Under the pieces are notes generated by a model that did no database searches, was not told where the DNA came from, and saw nothing but the letters and a program-made list of their open reading frames with translations. A program made the position numbers and the translations under genes. Below, piece by piece: positions 9,673-20,820 of a stretch of 64,000 nucleotides of DNA. Positions within the stretch are counted from its first letter, which is position 1. Each line of letters opens with the position of its first letter. The stretch is taken from positions 1 to 64,000 of the forward strand of contig JBHLLT010000015.1 in NCBI GenBank assembly GCA_048938855.1, given 5' to 3'. This DNA is from Promethearchaeota archaeon. GTDB taxonomy: Archaea; Asgardarchaeota; Lokiarchaeia; Sigyniarchaeales; SOKP01.

Positions 9673-11235
9673 TTAAGTTTTCGCCTCCCACAATTCTTCT
9701 ACTTTAATCAATTTGCGATATACAAGACTAAATGATATCAAAATGATGAAGACAGTGAAACTTAGAGCACTAGCTTGAGAGTATTGTCTATCTGGATTAA
9801 ATCGAGTATATATAAAAGTAACAAAAATATCATAGAAAACTGGATCTCCCAATCCTGTTTGATTTTGAGATAGTAGATAAACGACATTAAATAAGTTAAA
9901 TGTCCAAATTATTCCCAATAAAGATACTGTTAATAGCGTAGGTCTAAGAAGAGGTAAAGTGACTTTTCTAAATTGACCCCATCTTGTTAAACCATCAATT
10001 TCTGCTGCTTCATACAATTCACTAGGTATTGATTGTAAAGTTGCTAAAAAAGAAAGCATCATAAAAGGAACCCCTAACCAAACGTTAATTAATATCGCAG
10101 AAAATGTTATCATTTTAAACTGTAATCCAAAAATATAGATATTGTCTGTAATCCAAAATGTAGATTGAATTTGAGGGATATCTACAATTTTATATCCCAA
10201 TATTCCATCTTGGACTAAACCTAAAGATCCTTGGAGGATATCATTAAAAATAATAACGATAAAGATACCAATAACTCCAATAATGACCAGACTTAAGGGA
10301 CGGAATTTTGCTTTTATTCTAATGTTTTTATTTAGCATTTTATAAGCATAGTAGGTGGCAAGGATACCAGAGATAAACGCTATAATTAAGCTAAGCAGAT
10401 TCCCAACAGTAAAAGCAGCACTAGGTCCAAACTGATTAGTAAGTGAACCTAATACACCTAAATCACTATCAAAAACATATGATCTCCACATCAATGTTGA
10501 TACAAATGAAGGAATAGCCCAAGGTAGGATAAAAAGTGATCTAAAGACTGCTCTACCAGTAAATTTCCGATTTAGAAGGACTGCTAGTCCTATCCCTAAA
10601 ATTATATGTAAGAAAGTGCATGTCAGTGTCCAAAAAAATGTGTTAAATAGTATTCTCAAAAAATCTATATCTGGTGCGGTTAAAACCTGCCTATACTCCT
10701 CTAAAGGAACACCTAATGTTCCTAAGAATGTAAATCCCTTGATGATCCATTCAAAAACAAAGAGCGTTAACGGAGCAACTATTAATCCAAATAAGAAAGA
10801 TATGCCTATTCGTGGGATTTTACTCTTAAAACGCTTTAAAATCTTTAATCTCTTATAGACTAAACGGGTATACCAAATTGCAAAAATAGTTGTAAGGATA
10901 ATGGTTAATCCTCCAATAAGAAACACACCTTTATCCAAGGGTTCATCCAAAAAAAAGAAACTTAGAAGTGAGACCCATGAGACATTTTCAGGATTTAAGT
11001 AATAAAAAAAAGCATTTCTTAATTCTAGAGGTGTAGGATTTTGATAAAGACTTACCATCAAAGCAAAACCTATAGGAATAAACACAAACAGTATCAACGA
11101 TAAATATGCGGGTATTAGGAATAGAACATCTCCTATACTCTCTCGTAAAGATTTTTTTTCCGTTTTAGCATGTTTTCGTAGCTTTCTTTTTTTCTTTAAA
11201 CTAGGTTCAAGTAGTAACTCGTTTTCGATTTCCAA
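9673..11235 (-). CDS. malF: Sugar ABC permease (MalF-like)
   Basis: LFILPWAIP, LYEAAEIDG, FNLFNVVYL. Confidence 0.85.
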   Translation of the reverse strand: MEIENELLLEPSLKKKRKLRKHAKTEKKSLRESIGDVLFLIPAYLSLILFVFIPIGFALMVSLYQNPTPLELRNAFFYYLNPENVSWVSLLSFFFLDEPLDKGVFLIGGLTIILTTIFAIWYTRLVYKRLKILKRFKSKIPRIGISFLFGLIVAPLTLFVFEWIIKGFTFLGTLGVPLEEYRQVLTAPDIDFLRILFNTFFWTLTCTFLHIILGIGLAVLLNRKFTGRAVFRSLFILPWAIPSFVSTLMWRSYVFDSDLGVLGSLTNQFGPSAAFTVGNLLSLIIAFISGILATYYAYKMLNKNIRIKAKFRPLSLVIIGVIGIFIVIIFNDILQGSLGLVQDGILGYKIVDIPQIQSTFWITDNIYIFGLQFKMITFSAILINVWLGVPFMMLSFLATLQSIPSELYEAAEIDGLTRWGQFRKVTLPLLRPTLLTVSLLGIIWTFNLFNVVYLLSQNQTGLGDPVFYDIFVTFIYTRFNPDRQYSQASALSFTVFIILISFSLVYRKLIKVEELWEAKT

Positions 11236-11315
11236 TTAAATCACTTGCTTATAATTTATAAAATTTTGATGTTATTTAATATAAATAAAAAAAAAAAGGA
11301 ATTAAGTACTAATTT

Positions 11316-12734
11316 TCATTTTCTCCTTCTCATCGTATAAACAATGACTCCTAGAATACCTGTTAAGAGTATGCCTAATACTACAGGAACCGCATATCCA
11401 GGGATATTAAGTACTTCTGTTCTACCCCACCCAGGCAAAATGTCCTCCCACTCTCGTATTGTGCGTGAAAGAACGGTATCTAAATTAATTTGTCCAGCTA
11501 GGTATTGGTCAACATAACCACCAAGTACATTTTCCATTTGCCCATAAAATGGTGAAGGGGATAGTAAATGAGCATTAAGACATTGATTGAAGTAGGGTTC
11601 AACATATTGAAATGAAGGAGCTGCCATAAAGGATGTATTAGTCATTGCACTTAATCTTGCTGGAACGTGATAATTTTCAATCCCAGACTTAGCCATCATT
11701 CGTTCAGATGATAAGAACTTAGCTAATAGCACTGCTTCATCATAATGGTCAGATTGTGAGGAAACCGTATAGTAATTTCCTCCAATTAATGCACCATAGT
11801 TATTATCAGCATCATGAGGTACTAACATGAATCCAAGATTACTATTTCCATGAATAGTCCCATTGAATTGTGGATAGTTAGTGAGGAGGTTAGTAATTTC
11901 CCAAGGTCCGGTCGCTACCATTGCAACTTTTCCGTTACCAAAATCAGGGATATAATTACCCCAACCTTGTTCTACCCATGGAGGTGTCAAACTTGAATCT
12001 GTTAAATTTTTAAGAAATTCCAATGCAAACTGTGATTTAGCGTCATCAACAGCAATATGTCTGGTATCGTATATGTATCGTTCCACAAATTTAGCACCAT
12101 GTCCGTAATAATAAGGTTGAGCTCCATAAAACATACCCTGAATTGATAAAGCATAAACACCCGGTGTAGAATTCAATAACACTGTATTACTAGAAAATTC
12201 AGGCCACGTCCAAGAAACATTAAACGAGATATAATTGGGGTCAATCCCAGCTGTACTAAACAAATCTTTATTAAAAAGGAACATAGGGCAATCTATGGCT
12301 TGTGGAAAGCCCCATAATTCTCCACCAAATCTCATAAGAGCTAGTGATGCTGGAATAAAATCTTCCAAATCTGCCTGAGTAAATTCGGCTGTTAATGGAT
12401 CAATCAATCCATCATAAGCAAAACGGACAACATCATCTCTAGGTGTTCTTAATACATCTGGTTCAGTTCCTGCTATAAACGCAGTTGCAAATTCGTCACC
12501 AACGCCAAAAAATCCGTGTTGTGTTGCTGTAACAGTTATACCAGGATTTGCTGCTTCAAAAGCGGCTACTTTTTCTAATAATCCTGGTTTTTCAACATCA
12601 TTCTCAGTATACCAAAATGTTAAAGTCACCTGAGAAGGTTTTGGTCCATTAGCCACTGCATTCCACGCTAAGGGCATACATAAACTAAAAATTACTAATG
12701 TAGCAAGAATAAGTGAATTCTTATATTTTTTCAA
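11316..12734 (-). CDS. malE: Maltodextrin-binding protein with signal peptide and IPGY-TM-RRRK C-terminal anchor
   Basis: LTFWY..E, GKVAMVATGPW, IGGNY; C-terminal IPGYAVPVVLG...RRRK. Confidence 0.8.
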   Translation of the reverse strand: MKKYKNSLILATLVIFSLCMPLAWNAVANGPKPSQVTLTFWYTENDVEKPGLLEKVAAFEAANPGITVTATQHGFFGVGDEFATAFIAGTEPDVLRTPRDDVVRFAYDGLIDPLTAEFTQADLEDFIPASLALMRFGGELWGFPQAIDCPMFLFNKDLFSTAGIDPNYISFNVSWTWPEFSSNTVLLNSTPGVYALSIQGMFYGAQPYYYGHGAKFVERYIYDTRHIAVDDAKSQFALEFLKNLTDSSLTPPWVEQGWGNYIPDFGNGKVAMVATGPWEITNLLTNYPQFNGTIHGNSNLGFMLVPHDADNNYGALIGGNYYTVSSQSDHYDEAVLLAKFLSSERMMAKSGIENYHVPARLSAMTNTSFMAAPSFQYVEPYFNQCLNAHLLSPSPFYGQMENVLGGYVDQYLAGQINLDTVLSRTIREWEDILPGWGRTEVLNIPGYAVPVVLGILLTGILGVIVYTMRRRK

Positions 12735-13003
12735 AATTTTCGCCTTTTTTTTTTAGGTTTTGTTTCATATTTTTTTAATTAAATTTGATTCAAGCTTGCA
12801 AATTTGTGCCATTATATTTAATGATTCTTTTTTTTTTTTATAAGGTATAGATCAGTTAAATCCATCTTGAGGGCTTTTATAAATTTAGACATTTTTTGTT
12901 CGTATTGCAGAAAGAAATAAAAATCCAATTTCATTTTTCATCAAAATAGTAATGTTCTAATATAAATTAGTTAACTTGAAAATCTAAATTTAAGAATATA
13001 CTT

Positions 13004-14968
13004 ATGCCAATAGTACTGGGTATTTTGTTCCATGGTAATTTTCCTTTTTCTATGCATTATACTATTGCTTATAATAGTTGTTATAAGCATTTACCAATTA
13101 TTTTACGAGAATTCCCTGAAATACCAGTGAATTGGCATTTATCTGCAACACTGTTACAACAATTAGCATGGAAGAATCCAGAAACCTTGAAAATCTTTAG
13201 TGAAGGTTTAAATAATAATCAATTTGAACTTCTGGGTTCTTCATATGCTCAGAATATACTTTATATTTGTTCTGAATGGGTAAACAGGGAACAAATCAAA
13301 TGGAATCGTTCTATAATATATAAGTTGTTCCCAGATTTAAAATTCCTGCATGGTTATTGGAATCCTGAAAGAGTTTTTTACGAAGATCTAGTTAATTTAC
13401 TGGTAGATTATGGTTATAATTACACATTGGTTGAAAGTGATATTTTGGAGAGTGCATTAGCAACAAATAATAAAACGGCTGATTATTTATGGAAACATAA
13501 AATAAAAGATAAGGAGAAAAATTTCTATTTCTTTCCTGATAATCAAAAATTAAAAGAAAATGTAGACACAGTGATTCAAACAGGTCAAGTTGATGAATTT
13601 ATTAAATTCTTAGATAATAAGATGGAGTCTGATTCCGATAGATTAATAATGTGTTATGCTGAAGATGCCGAAGTATCAGGTTTCTGGCAGATAGCTAAAG
13701 GTTTGGATTATAAAAAAGCTCATAATAACTTGAGATTATTATTAAATGAATTGATGGAGAATGACTGGATTGAGGTTAAACTGTTATCAGAGATGATCAA
13801 AAAAGAGAAATCATTTGAATTAGGAACAATACCTGCTGGACAAGCTACTTGGATGATAGAAAGTGTAAAAGTAGATGGCTATAAAGATTGGTTTGATTAT
13901 GTGGAAAAAGCTCCTGAAGTACAATACTATAAAAAATATTATGAACAAAGAGAAAATCAATTGAAATTACTCCCAAATAATAAGAAAAAAAGAAATCTTA
14001 TGAAGGAATTATTATCTTTTTATTTATCTCAGCAATTTGAATTTGGATGTTCACCTGGTTCCTTTGGTACGTTAGATACGCGCTATTTGATGAATGTACC
14101 AGGGATGCAGTTATGGGATGATCGTATAACTTTTGACATAATTTATGACTGGTTAATGTTTGATAAAAAGAATATGAACACGCCTAATTGGAAATTTCGA
14201 GGTTCAATGCCAACAATCGAATGGTCTACATCGAAGTGGATTTGTCAATTTAATCCATTCGGTGGTAGATGTACGTTTTTGGTGAACAAAGATAAAGATT
14301 CCATTTTCTCACCAAATCCTTACTTCTCATCACAAGATAGAAACGTGTTATTTAATAATATGCCCTATCTGAAAGTTCACATTAATTATCTTGATATTGA
14401 AGAAAAGTTAAATTATCATGGGAATCTCTTGATGGATAATTGTTATGTTAATAGTAAACCGATTGGGAGTTTAGAAACTTATAAGGTTGAATTAAAACAG
14501 AAGAGTAAAGAATACATTGAAAAGAAATCTCTAAAACATACTTATTTTAACTCTTTAATATTACCCAATAAAAATTCAATATTATTTTGGTATTCGGAGT
14601 CAGGAATATTATTAACAAAAGAAATACGTGAATATGAGTCTAACTTAAGGATAGATTATAAAATTCGAAATTTATCAAACGATTCTAAAAATATCAAATT
14701 TTCTATTACAAACGAATTTTCTCCAAATCCCGTAACAGTGCTTGATTATGGACGAGATAGTCTAGATATGGTAGAATCGCACGAAAAGAATGGAATTAAG
14801 ATTGTAACTAGGAATAATCTTACTAATTCTGAAGTTACAGTTATTAGTAATGTGGAACCTAATAGAATCAAGAAAGTTCCTTCTGAATTTGCTTTACGAC
14901 ACGAATTAATCTATAATTTTACTCTCAATGAAGGTGGGATAAAAGTTATACCACTCACGATTTTATAA
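13004..14968 (+). CDS. GH57-family glycoside hydrolase (amylase/glucanotransferase-like)
   Basis: FHGNFP, ELLGSSY, GYWNPER (nucleophile region), YAEDAE (acid/base region); divergent from the mal operon. Confidence 0.75.
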   Translation: MPIVLGILFHGNFPFSMHYTIAYNSCYKHLPIILREFPEIPVNWHLSATLLQQLAWKNPETLKIFSEGLNNNQFELLGSSYAQNILYICSEWVNREQIKWNRSIIYKLFPDLKFLHGYWNPERVFYEDLVNLLVDYGYNYTLVESDILESALATNNKTADYLWKHKIKDKEKNFYFFPDNQKLKENVDTVIQTGQVDEFIKFLDNKMESDSDRLIMCYAEDAEVSGFWQIAKGLDYKKAHNNLRLLLNELMENDWIEVKLLSEMIKKEKSFELGTIPAGQATWMIESVKVDGYKDWFDYVEKAPEVQYYKKYYEQRENQLKLLPNNKKKRNLMKELLSFYLSQQFEFGCSPGSFGTLDTRYLMNVPGMQLWDDRITFDIIYDWLMFDKKNMNTPNWKFRGSMPTIEWSTSKWICQFNPFGGRCTFLVNKDKDSIFSPNPYFSSQDRNVLFNNMPYLKVHINYLDIEEKLNYHGNLLMDNCYVNSKPIGSLETYKVELKQKSKEYIEKKSLKHTYFNSLILPNKNSILFWYSESGILLTKEIREYESNLRIDYKIRNLSNDSKNIKFSITNEFSPNPVTVLDYGRDSLDMVESHEKNGIKIVTRNNLTNSEVTVISNVEPNRIKKVPSEFALRHELIYNFTLNEGGIKVIPLTIL

Positions 14969-15090
14969 CATAATTTTCTTATTTCCTGTACATGAAAATA
15001 TTACTATTTTGTTTCCATGGTAGCCATAAAGCTAAATTAGATGTTTAATTTATACTAAATAATAGAGAATATAACTGAAATTTCTATTCT

Positions 15091-16515
15091 ATGTTTGTTG
15101 AATATTTTTATTATCTAAAAGATCGCTTACCAATAAGCATCACAGAGTATATGACATTAATGGAAGCCCTTGATAAAGGATTAATCCATAACATGGTTGA
15201 GTTTTATTACACCTCTCGCTCAATTTTGTGTAAAAATGAACATCATTTTGATATCTATGATATTGCCTTTGCAAATTTTTTTAAAGAAGCAATGTTAAAA
15301 TTCCCTGAGGATATAAAACAAGAAATATGGGACTGGCTTAATAAAGAAATCACACTTCCGGAACTTATTGAAGGATTACAACTAATTCTACGTGAATACC
15401 AACAATATATTAATATGGATAACTTGGAAGAATTCCTTGAGAATATTCTGGAGAAATTTAAAGCAAAATATGGAGATACTAGATTAATTAATGCCCCAAA
15501 TGAAATAAAAGATGAAATATGGAAATGGTTAGAGAAAAACTTTGATTTATCTGAGGTTGGTGGTAATTTTCAGGAAATGATGAGTCAGTTTTTTGACCTT
15601 GAAGAAATGCAAAAAAGATTCGAAGAATTAATGCAAATGCAAAATGAAGAACATAATGGTGGAGATCATTGGATTGGCACTCAGGGTTCATCTGCATTTG
15701 GTCATGGAGGACAAAATCCAGCTGGAATGAGGGTTGGAGGTTCATCTGGCATGCGAATGGCTATGCAAATTGCGCAAAAAAGGATTTTTAAAGATTACCG
15801 CAAAGATATTGTTCTCGATACAAGACAAATAAAAGTTGCTTTAAAACGTCTTAAAAAACTTGAAGAAATAGGGAAAAAAGATGAATTAGACCTGGATAAG
15901 ACAATTGACAAAACTGCTAAAAATTGTGGGGATATTGAAATAGTATTTGATAAAAAAAGGAAAAATAATGTTCGAATGGTTCTCTTAATGGATGTTGGGG
16001 GAAGTATGACTCCGTATGCCCACTTAGTTAACCTTCTTTTCTCAGCTGCCAATAATATGTCGCATTGGCGTGAATTTAAGTACTATTATTTTCATAATTG
16101 TATCTATGAATCACTTTATTTTAATGCTCGAAGGAATCCAGATGAAGCTATTGAATTTACCGAATTTTTAAAAAAATTTGATAATAAGTATAAAGTAGTA
16201 CTTGTTGGAGATGCTGCAATGGCAAGTTGGGAACTGACTGAGAAATATGGATCTATATATTATTATCATCGAAACGAACTTCCAGGGATATATTATATTA
16301 AAGAATTAGCAAATCATTTTAAAAATAATATAGTTTGGTTAAATCCAGAACTAATAAGACCTGAATGGGCACCTTGGACCCGAAAAATCATAGCAAGTAT
16401 AATCCCCATGTTTAATTTGACTGTTGAAGGCATTGAAGAGGCAATGGATTACCTTCGAAAAAGTGGTAAAAATATGTATACAACAGTCCAGATGTTAAAA
16501 GGATTAAATTATTAA
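15091..16515 (+). CDS. VWA-domain (CoxE-like) protein
   Basis: HNGGDHWIGT.G.S.FG and MDVGGSM MIDAS motif, YFHNC, VGDA. Confidence 0.8.
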   Translation: MFVEYFYYLKDRLPISITEYMTLMEALDKGLIHNMVEFYYTSRSILCKNEHHFDIYDIAFANFFKEAMLKFPEDIKQEIWDWLNKEITLPELIEGLQLILREYQQYINMDNLEEFLENILEKFKAKYGDTRLINAPNEIKDEIWKWLEKNFDLSEVGGNFQEMMSQFFDLEEMQKRFEELMQMQNEEHNGGDHWIGTQGSSAFGHGGQNPAGMRVGGSSGMRMAMQIAQKRIFKDYRKDIVLDTRQIKVALKRLKKLEEIGKKDELDLDKTIDKTAKNCGDIEIVFDKKRKNNVRMVLLMDVGGSMTPYAHLVNLLFSAANNMSHWREFKYYYFHNCIYESLYFNARRNPDEAIEFTEFLKKFDNKYKVVLVGDAAMASWELTEKYGSIYYYHRNELPGIYYIKELANHFKNNIVWLNPELIRPEWAPWTRKIIASIIPMFNLTVEGIEEAMDYLRKSGKNMYTTVQMLKGLNY

Positions 16516-16544
16516 GCATTTAAATTCAGGATTTTTATTTAAAA

Positions 16545-17075
16545 TTAAGAATTGTAAATTGGTTTTGGTATCTTTTCTGTTAACATAAACTGTAGTATAA
16601 AAAAACTTATCAATATCATCATAATTGCTAATATCATTATTATATTTGCCATTCTTTTATCATATACATATTTTGTAGCTTGATAAAGGAGAAAAAATCC
16701 AATAGAAAACAAAAACATTAAAATTGAGGCAACTATGCTTTCAATTATGAAAGCTTCATGAATATTTTCAGGCCATATGAAAATAGGATTGTCATATGAA
16801 TCAACTCCAAATGCAGAAGAATCACTAAGAATTAAATATACTACACCGGTCTGAAGGACAAATAGAATCGTAAAAATAATTATAAATCCTAATGATCTGG
16901 GTGGAAGCGGTAAAGTTAACTTTCGAAATTTTAATTTGGGAATGATATACTTAGGTTTCCTTATCCACGTTCCGAATATCCACGGTGTTCTCTTTTTTAT
17001 TTTTTCTAGTATTGTCTCTGATCCTGAAATTTCTATTCTAATTTCCTTTTTTTTTGGTTTTTCATGCTTCTGCAT
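16545..17075 (-). CDS. OST3/OST6 (OSTC/DC2-like) oligosaccharyltransferase accessory subunit-like membrane protein
   Basis: Three TMs, TGVVY.I....AFG......PIFI.......FIIESI.AS.L....SIGF pattern. Confidence 0.6.
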   Translation of the reverse strand: MQKHEKPKKKEIRIEISGSETILEKIKKRTPWIFGTWIRKPKYIIPKLKFRKLTLPLPPRSLGFIIIFTILFVLQTGVVYLILSDSSAFGVDSYDNPIFIWPENIHEAFIIESIVASILMFLFSIGFFLLYQATKYVYDKRMANIIMILAIMMILISFFILQFMLTEKIPKPIYNS

Positions 17076-17380
17076 TGAATATCAATCTTAAAAGTTTGAA
17101 TAAAATGTAATTTCTCTTTTTTATCTTTATACATTATACATTCTTATTTAAATCAATAAATACAAAAACTGAGGGAATAAGAGAGAAATCTTAAAAGTAT
17201 TCACTTTATAGATTGATGAATTTATAAGGGTGTGTAAATTTAAAGTGAACAAAGTTATTGATAATTCATAAAATTGTTACATTTTCATGACAGAAAGAAA
17301 AAGCTATAATCATACTTAAAAATACTCTTGAATGTTTATTTAAAAACTCAATTTAAAAAAAATTTAGTAGGAATCTGTGT

Positions 17381-18388
17381 ATGAAAAATAGCCGAAAAGC
17401 TCATCTTATTATCTGCATATTAATTCTTTATTCGGTTATATCAGTTTTTTTATATGTAAATTCTAATCGTTTAGAAGTATCAGAAGATCATAAAACAGAT
17501 AGTATCTCAGAAATAAATACTTCAGATGAGCTAATATTAATTAAATCTATAAAAGACCCTCAAAAATCGGAGATTTCAATTTTTATTGAAAACCTTCTGA
17601 AAAAAAGTACGGAAATTTTACAATTAATTTCAATTAATTGCTTATTTTCATCTGGGATTTTTATTGTAATAAAATTTGTATGCACAAATAAAGAAAACAA
17701 GGAAGAAACTCAACTAGATATTAAAGGTGTAAATGTTTCTGAAGATGAATATATGATCTTTAATCTGATAGAAGATTTTCTAAATCAGAAAAAAATATTC
17801 GATAAAGAAAAGGTTTTTTTTTATGTTAAGTCAAGAGCGAATAATCACTTGAATAAAAATGGCATAAATTTAGCAATAAACAATTTATTAAAAAAAAACC
17901 TTATTATTGAAGGATCACGGCTAACGCGAAGAACAGTATTACTTAATATTAATAGAGAGAAAATCTTTAAAATAATTGGGCAATATCCAGGAATTTATAA
18001 ACATAAGATTTCAAAAATGGTGAATTTAAGTCAATACGTTACAAATTGGCACTTGACAAAGCTAATAGCATTTGATTTCATCCGAGAACGAAACATAAAT
18101 GGGCACAAATGTTATTTTAATTATTCATTAGGAAAAGAAAACGATACTTTATATGTTACTATCAATAAAGAAAAATGTCGAAAAATAATTGAATTTCTAC
18201 ACGAAACAAAGCATAGTTGTACCAAAAATCAGATTTCGAAAGAACTTAATATGCATTATAATACAATAGTACGCTATATTAAGGAAATTGAGAACCATAA
18301 TTTATTGAATCGAATAAAATTGAATAATAGAGAATTTTTCACTTTAGATAAACAAGAATATCAGCAGATATCAAAACGGCTTCATTAA
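17381..18388 (+). CDS. Membrane-anchored protein with tandem winged-helix domains
   Basis: N-terminal TM; LLNINREKIF.II..YPGI...WHL..L and a second HTH (QISKELNMHYNTI). Confidence 0.7.
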   Translation: MKNSRKAHLIICILILYSVISVFLYVNSNRLEVSEDHKTDSISEINTSDELILIKSIKDPQKSEISIFIENLLKKSTEILQLISINCLFSSGIFIVIKFVCTNKENKEETQLDIKGVNVSEDEYMIFNLIEDFLNQKKIFDKEKVFFYVKSRANNHLNKNGINLAINNLLKKNLIIEGSRLTRRTVLLNINREKIFKIIGQYPGIYKHKISKMVNLSQYVTNWHLTKLIAFDFIRERNINGHKCYFNYSLGKENDTLYVTINKEKCRKIIEFLHETKHSCTKNQISKELNMHYNTIVRYIKEIENHNLLNRIKLNNREFFTLDKQEYQQISKRLH

Positions 18389-18414
18389 ATATGCAATGGG
18401 AAAAAGGAACAATT

Positions 18415-19014
18415 TTATTTTATTATTTTTTTTAAGTTACTTATTTCTTTAAGAGATTCCCAATTAGTTATAGGATTATCTTTAAGTTCAAGAACTTCTA
18501 AGTTAGGTAATTCCAATAATCCTTTTATCTCTTCAATTTTATTATATGAAAGATTTAAATATTTAAGGTTTTTCAACGTCTCTAAACCTTTAATTTCTTC
18601 AATCCTATTATTGCTTAAATTCAGATTTTCGAGATTAGACAATCCATCAACACCTTCAATATTAACTATTTTGTTATTATTCAAAAGAAGTTCTTTTAAC
18701 CTATGAAGATGGTTGAGATTCTCGATTTTAGCGATTTGATTTCCACTTAATTCTAAATCTTCTAAATACTTAAGTGATTCTAATCCACTTATATCAGGAA
18801 TATGGTTGAATTCCAAATGGAGTTTTCTTAAATCAGTTAATTTATCTAACCCTTCAATTGCTTTAATGTTGTTTTTTTCTAAATAAAGAGCTTTTAAATT
18901 AGTGTGACGCCCCAACCTTTTAATATCACTTATCTTATTTATCTTAAAACTTTCTAAATATAAATTCCCATCGTTGATAAACACTTTCTTTTTATTCACA
19001 TTTACATAATTCAT
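18415..19014 (-). CDS. Leucine-rich repeat protein (SDS22-like repeats)
   Basis: Repeated 22-aa LxxLxLxxNxIxxIEGL. Confidence 0.9.
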   Translation of the reverse strand: MNYVNVNKKKVFINDGNLYLESFKINKISDIKRLGRHTNLKALYLEKNNIKAIEGLDKLTDLRKLHLEFNHIPDISGLESLKYLEDLELSGNQIAKIENLNHLHRLKELLLNNNKIVNIEGVDGLSNLENLNLSNNRIEEIKGLETLKNLKYLNLSYNKIEEIKGLLELPNLEVLELKDNPITNWESLKEISNLKKIIK

Positions 19015-19124
19015 ATAGCTAAGCTATCACTTTACCTTTATTAGTGAATCTTATAGGATTTATAAAAAAAATGGTATTTTTACTTATAAAATAAAAATTA
19101 GAAATCTGAGATTTTAATAATTAA

Positions 19125-20801
19125 TTATTCAATTTGCCTTAGATATTTTTCCTCAATAGAAACCTTTAAAGAATCATAGAATATTGATGAAAACTTCTGG
19201 TAAAATTCATTTTTCTTTGACATAATGAAATCTTTTCCTTCAATTTTAGCAATACTATCATACCAAAAGATTTTACCTTCTAAATCTAGATTAAGCTTTT
19301 TTCCAGCTTTGACAACAATTCCTGCTTTTACAACATAATCTAAGTTTGACAACGCTTTTTTTAAAAGCTGATGTTCTTTTGAAATTTCTATATCATTTAT
19401 ATTTATATCTAAAATATTTATATCACCATCTGCCCCAGTACCGAGATTACCTTTAATATTGCCTAATCCTAGGGATTTTACTGGACTTACTCTAGAAATA
19501 ATCACAAATTCTGAAAAGTTTAAAACTTTTTCATTATTTTGGAGAGGATTAGTATTTAGAAATTCATTGTTCATTCCATCCATAAAATTCTGGCGAGCCT
19601 CAGTACTTACTAACCAAGTTACAATTTCATGAATATCTGTAATATTAGCATAATTTGGGAAATTTAAAGCAAAACTAACTTGGTATTTATCTTTAACATT
19701 CAGAGCCAAATCAATAGCATTAGCCCATAATACACAATCATGATAATTATTTTTACTGAAATTCCTCATTGAAATAAATGAATCTCCTTCAAATTCTATA
19801 GCCGAACTTATCAATTTATGAGGATTTCCTAGAATATCTTCCATTAACATAGAATTTATTATTCTTCTGTCTGAAGTTATTAATGGATTTACTTGATTGA
19901 ATCCTAAAAATGCTAGATCAATATCAAAACGTTTATTCTGATTTAAGAAATCAATAAATTTTTTATTATCACCATCGGGTGCATAAGTATTAGCATGAGC
20001 AATATGAAATATTTGGTTTCTTTTAAATTTTGAATCATTCTTTTGATAATCCTCGAAATTTAGAGACTTTATTCTATCTAATAAAGAAAAAAGATTACTT
20101 TTCCCAACCTGAGTTTCATATCCTCCTATATGAGCGTGAATTGAGTGAGGTAAACCTAATCTTTCATTGCATTTAATCAAGCTTTCATAAACATCTAAAG
20201 CTGAAAAATTATATAATCTTCCAGACTGTGAAATAGTCTCTTTTAATTCCCTAAAATTCCATGCTTCATTCTCAAAAGGATTATATACTTTAAATCCAAA
20301 ACCATATGTTTTCGATAAAAGATCGGATAAAAATATAGCCATATCATCAGTTTTTCCTCTCTGAAACTCAAGTTCTAAAGGCCAGAAGTTACTAACGTTC
20401 AATAACATTGCTTTATCGAGAACAGGTAAATGTCTGAAGTTAAATATTGTCTGTCTTGCTAAGGATGGGAAGACATTTGCTTCAAGAATAAAAGTATATC
20501 CATTTGAAAGATAAGCTTTTGCAATACTTTTCAAAGTAAGGCCATTCCAAATTTCTTTAAATCTAGTATCATTTGTACCTAATAGTCGTGCCCAGTTGAC
20601 TTGTTGAGATGCTACATGTGTATGAATATCCGTTGCTGCAGGTATAATTGTTTTATCTTTTGCATCAATTTCTTTAACATCTTTTTGATTGCTAAATTTT
20701 TCCACGATTTTGCCAGATTCAATTAGAATATCTTTAATTTCACCATTAATATTATTTAAAGGATCAAACACTAATCCATTTTTAATAATTAATTTACTCA
20801 T
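19125..20801 (-). CDS. fwdA: Formylmethanofuran dehydrogenase subunit A-like amidohydrolase (divergent)
   Basis: IIKNG.VFDP.N, DIHTH, GFKVYNP, LPHSIH.H, G.GADGDI. Confidence 0.8.
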   Translation of the reverse strand: MSKLIIKNGLVFDPLNNINGEIKDILIESGKIVEKFSNQKDVKEIDAKDKTIIPAATDIHTHVASQQVNWARLLGTNDTRFKEIWNGLTLKSIAKAYLSNGYTFILEANVFPSLARQTIFNFRHLPVLDKAMLLNVSNFWPLELEFQRGKTDDMAIFLSDLLSKTYGFGFKVYNPFENEAWNFRELKETISQSGRLYNFSALDVYESLIKCNERLGLPHSIHAHIGGYETQVGKSNLFSLLDRIKSLNFEDYQKNDSKFKRNQIFHIAHANTYAPDGDNKKFIDFLNQNKRFDIDLAFLGFNQVNPLITSDRRIINSMLMEDILGNPHKLISSAIEFEGDSFISMRNFSKNNYHDCVLWANAIDLALNVKDKYQVSFALNFPNYANITDIHEIVTWLVSTEARQNFMDGMNNEFLNTNPLQNNEKVLNFSEFVIISRVSPVKSLGLGNIKGNLGTGADGDINILDININDIEISKEHQLLKKALSNLDYVVKAGIVVKAGKKLNLDLEGKIFWYDSIAKIEGKDFIMSKKNEFYQKFSSIFYDSLKVSIEEKYLRQIE

Positions 20802-20820
20802 TTCTACAATTCCCTAAATA

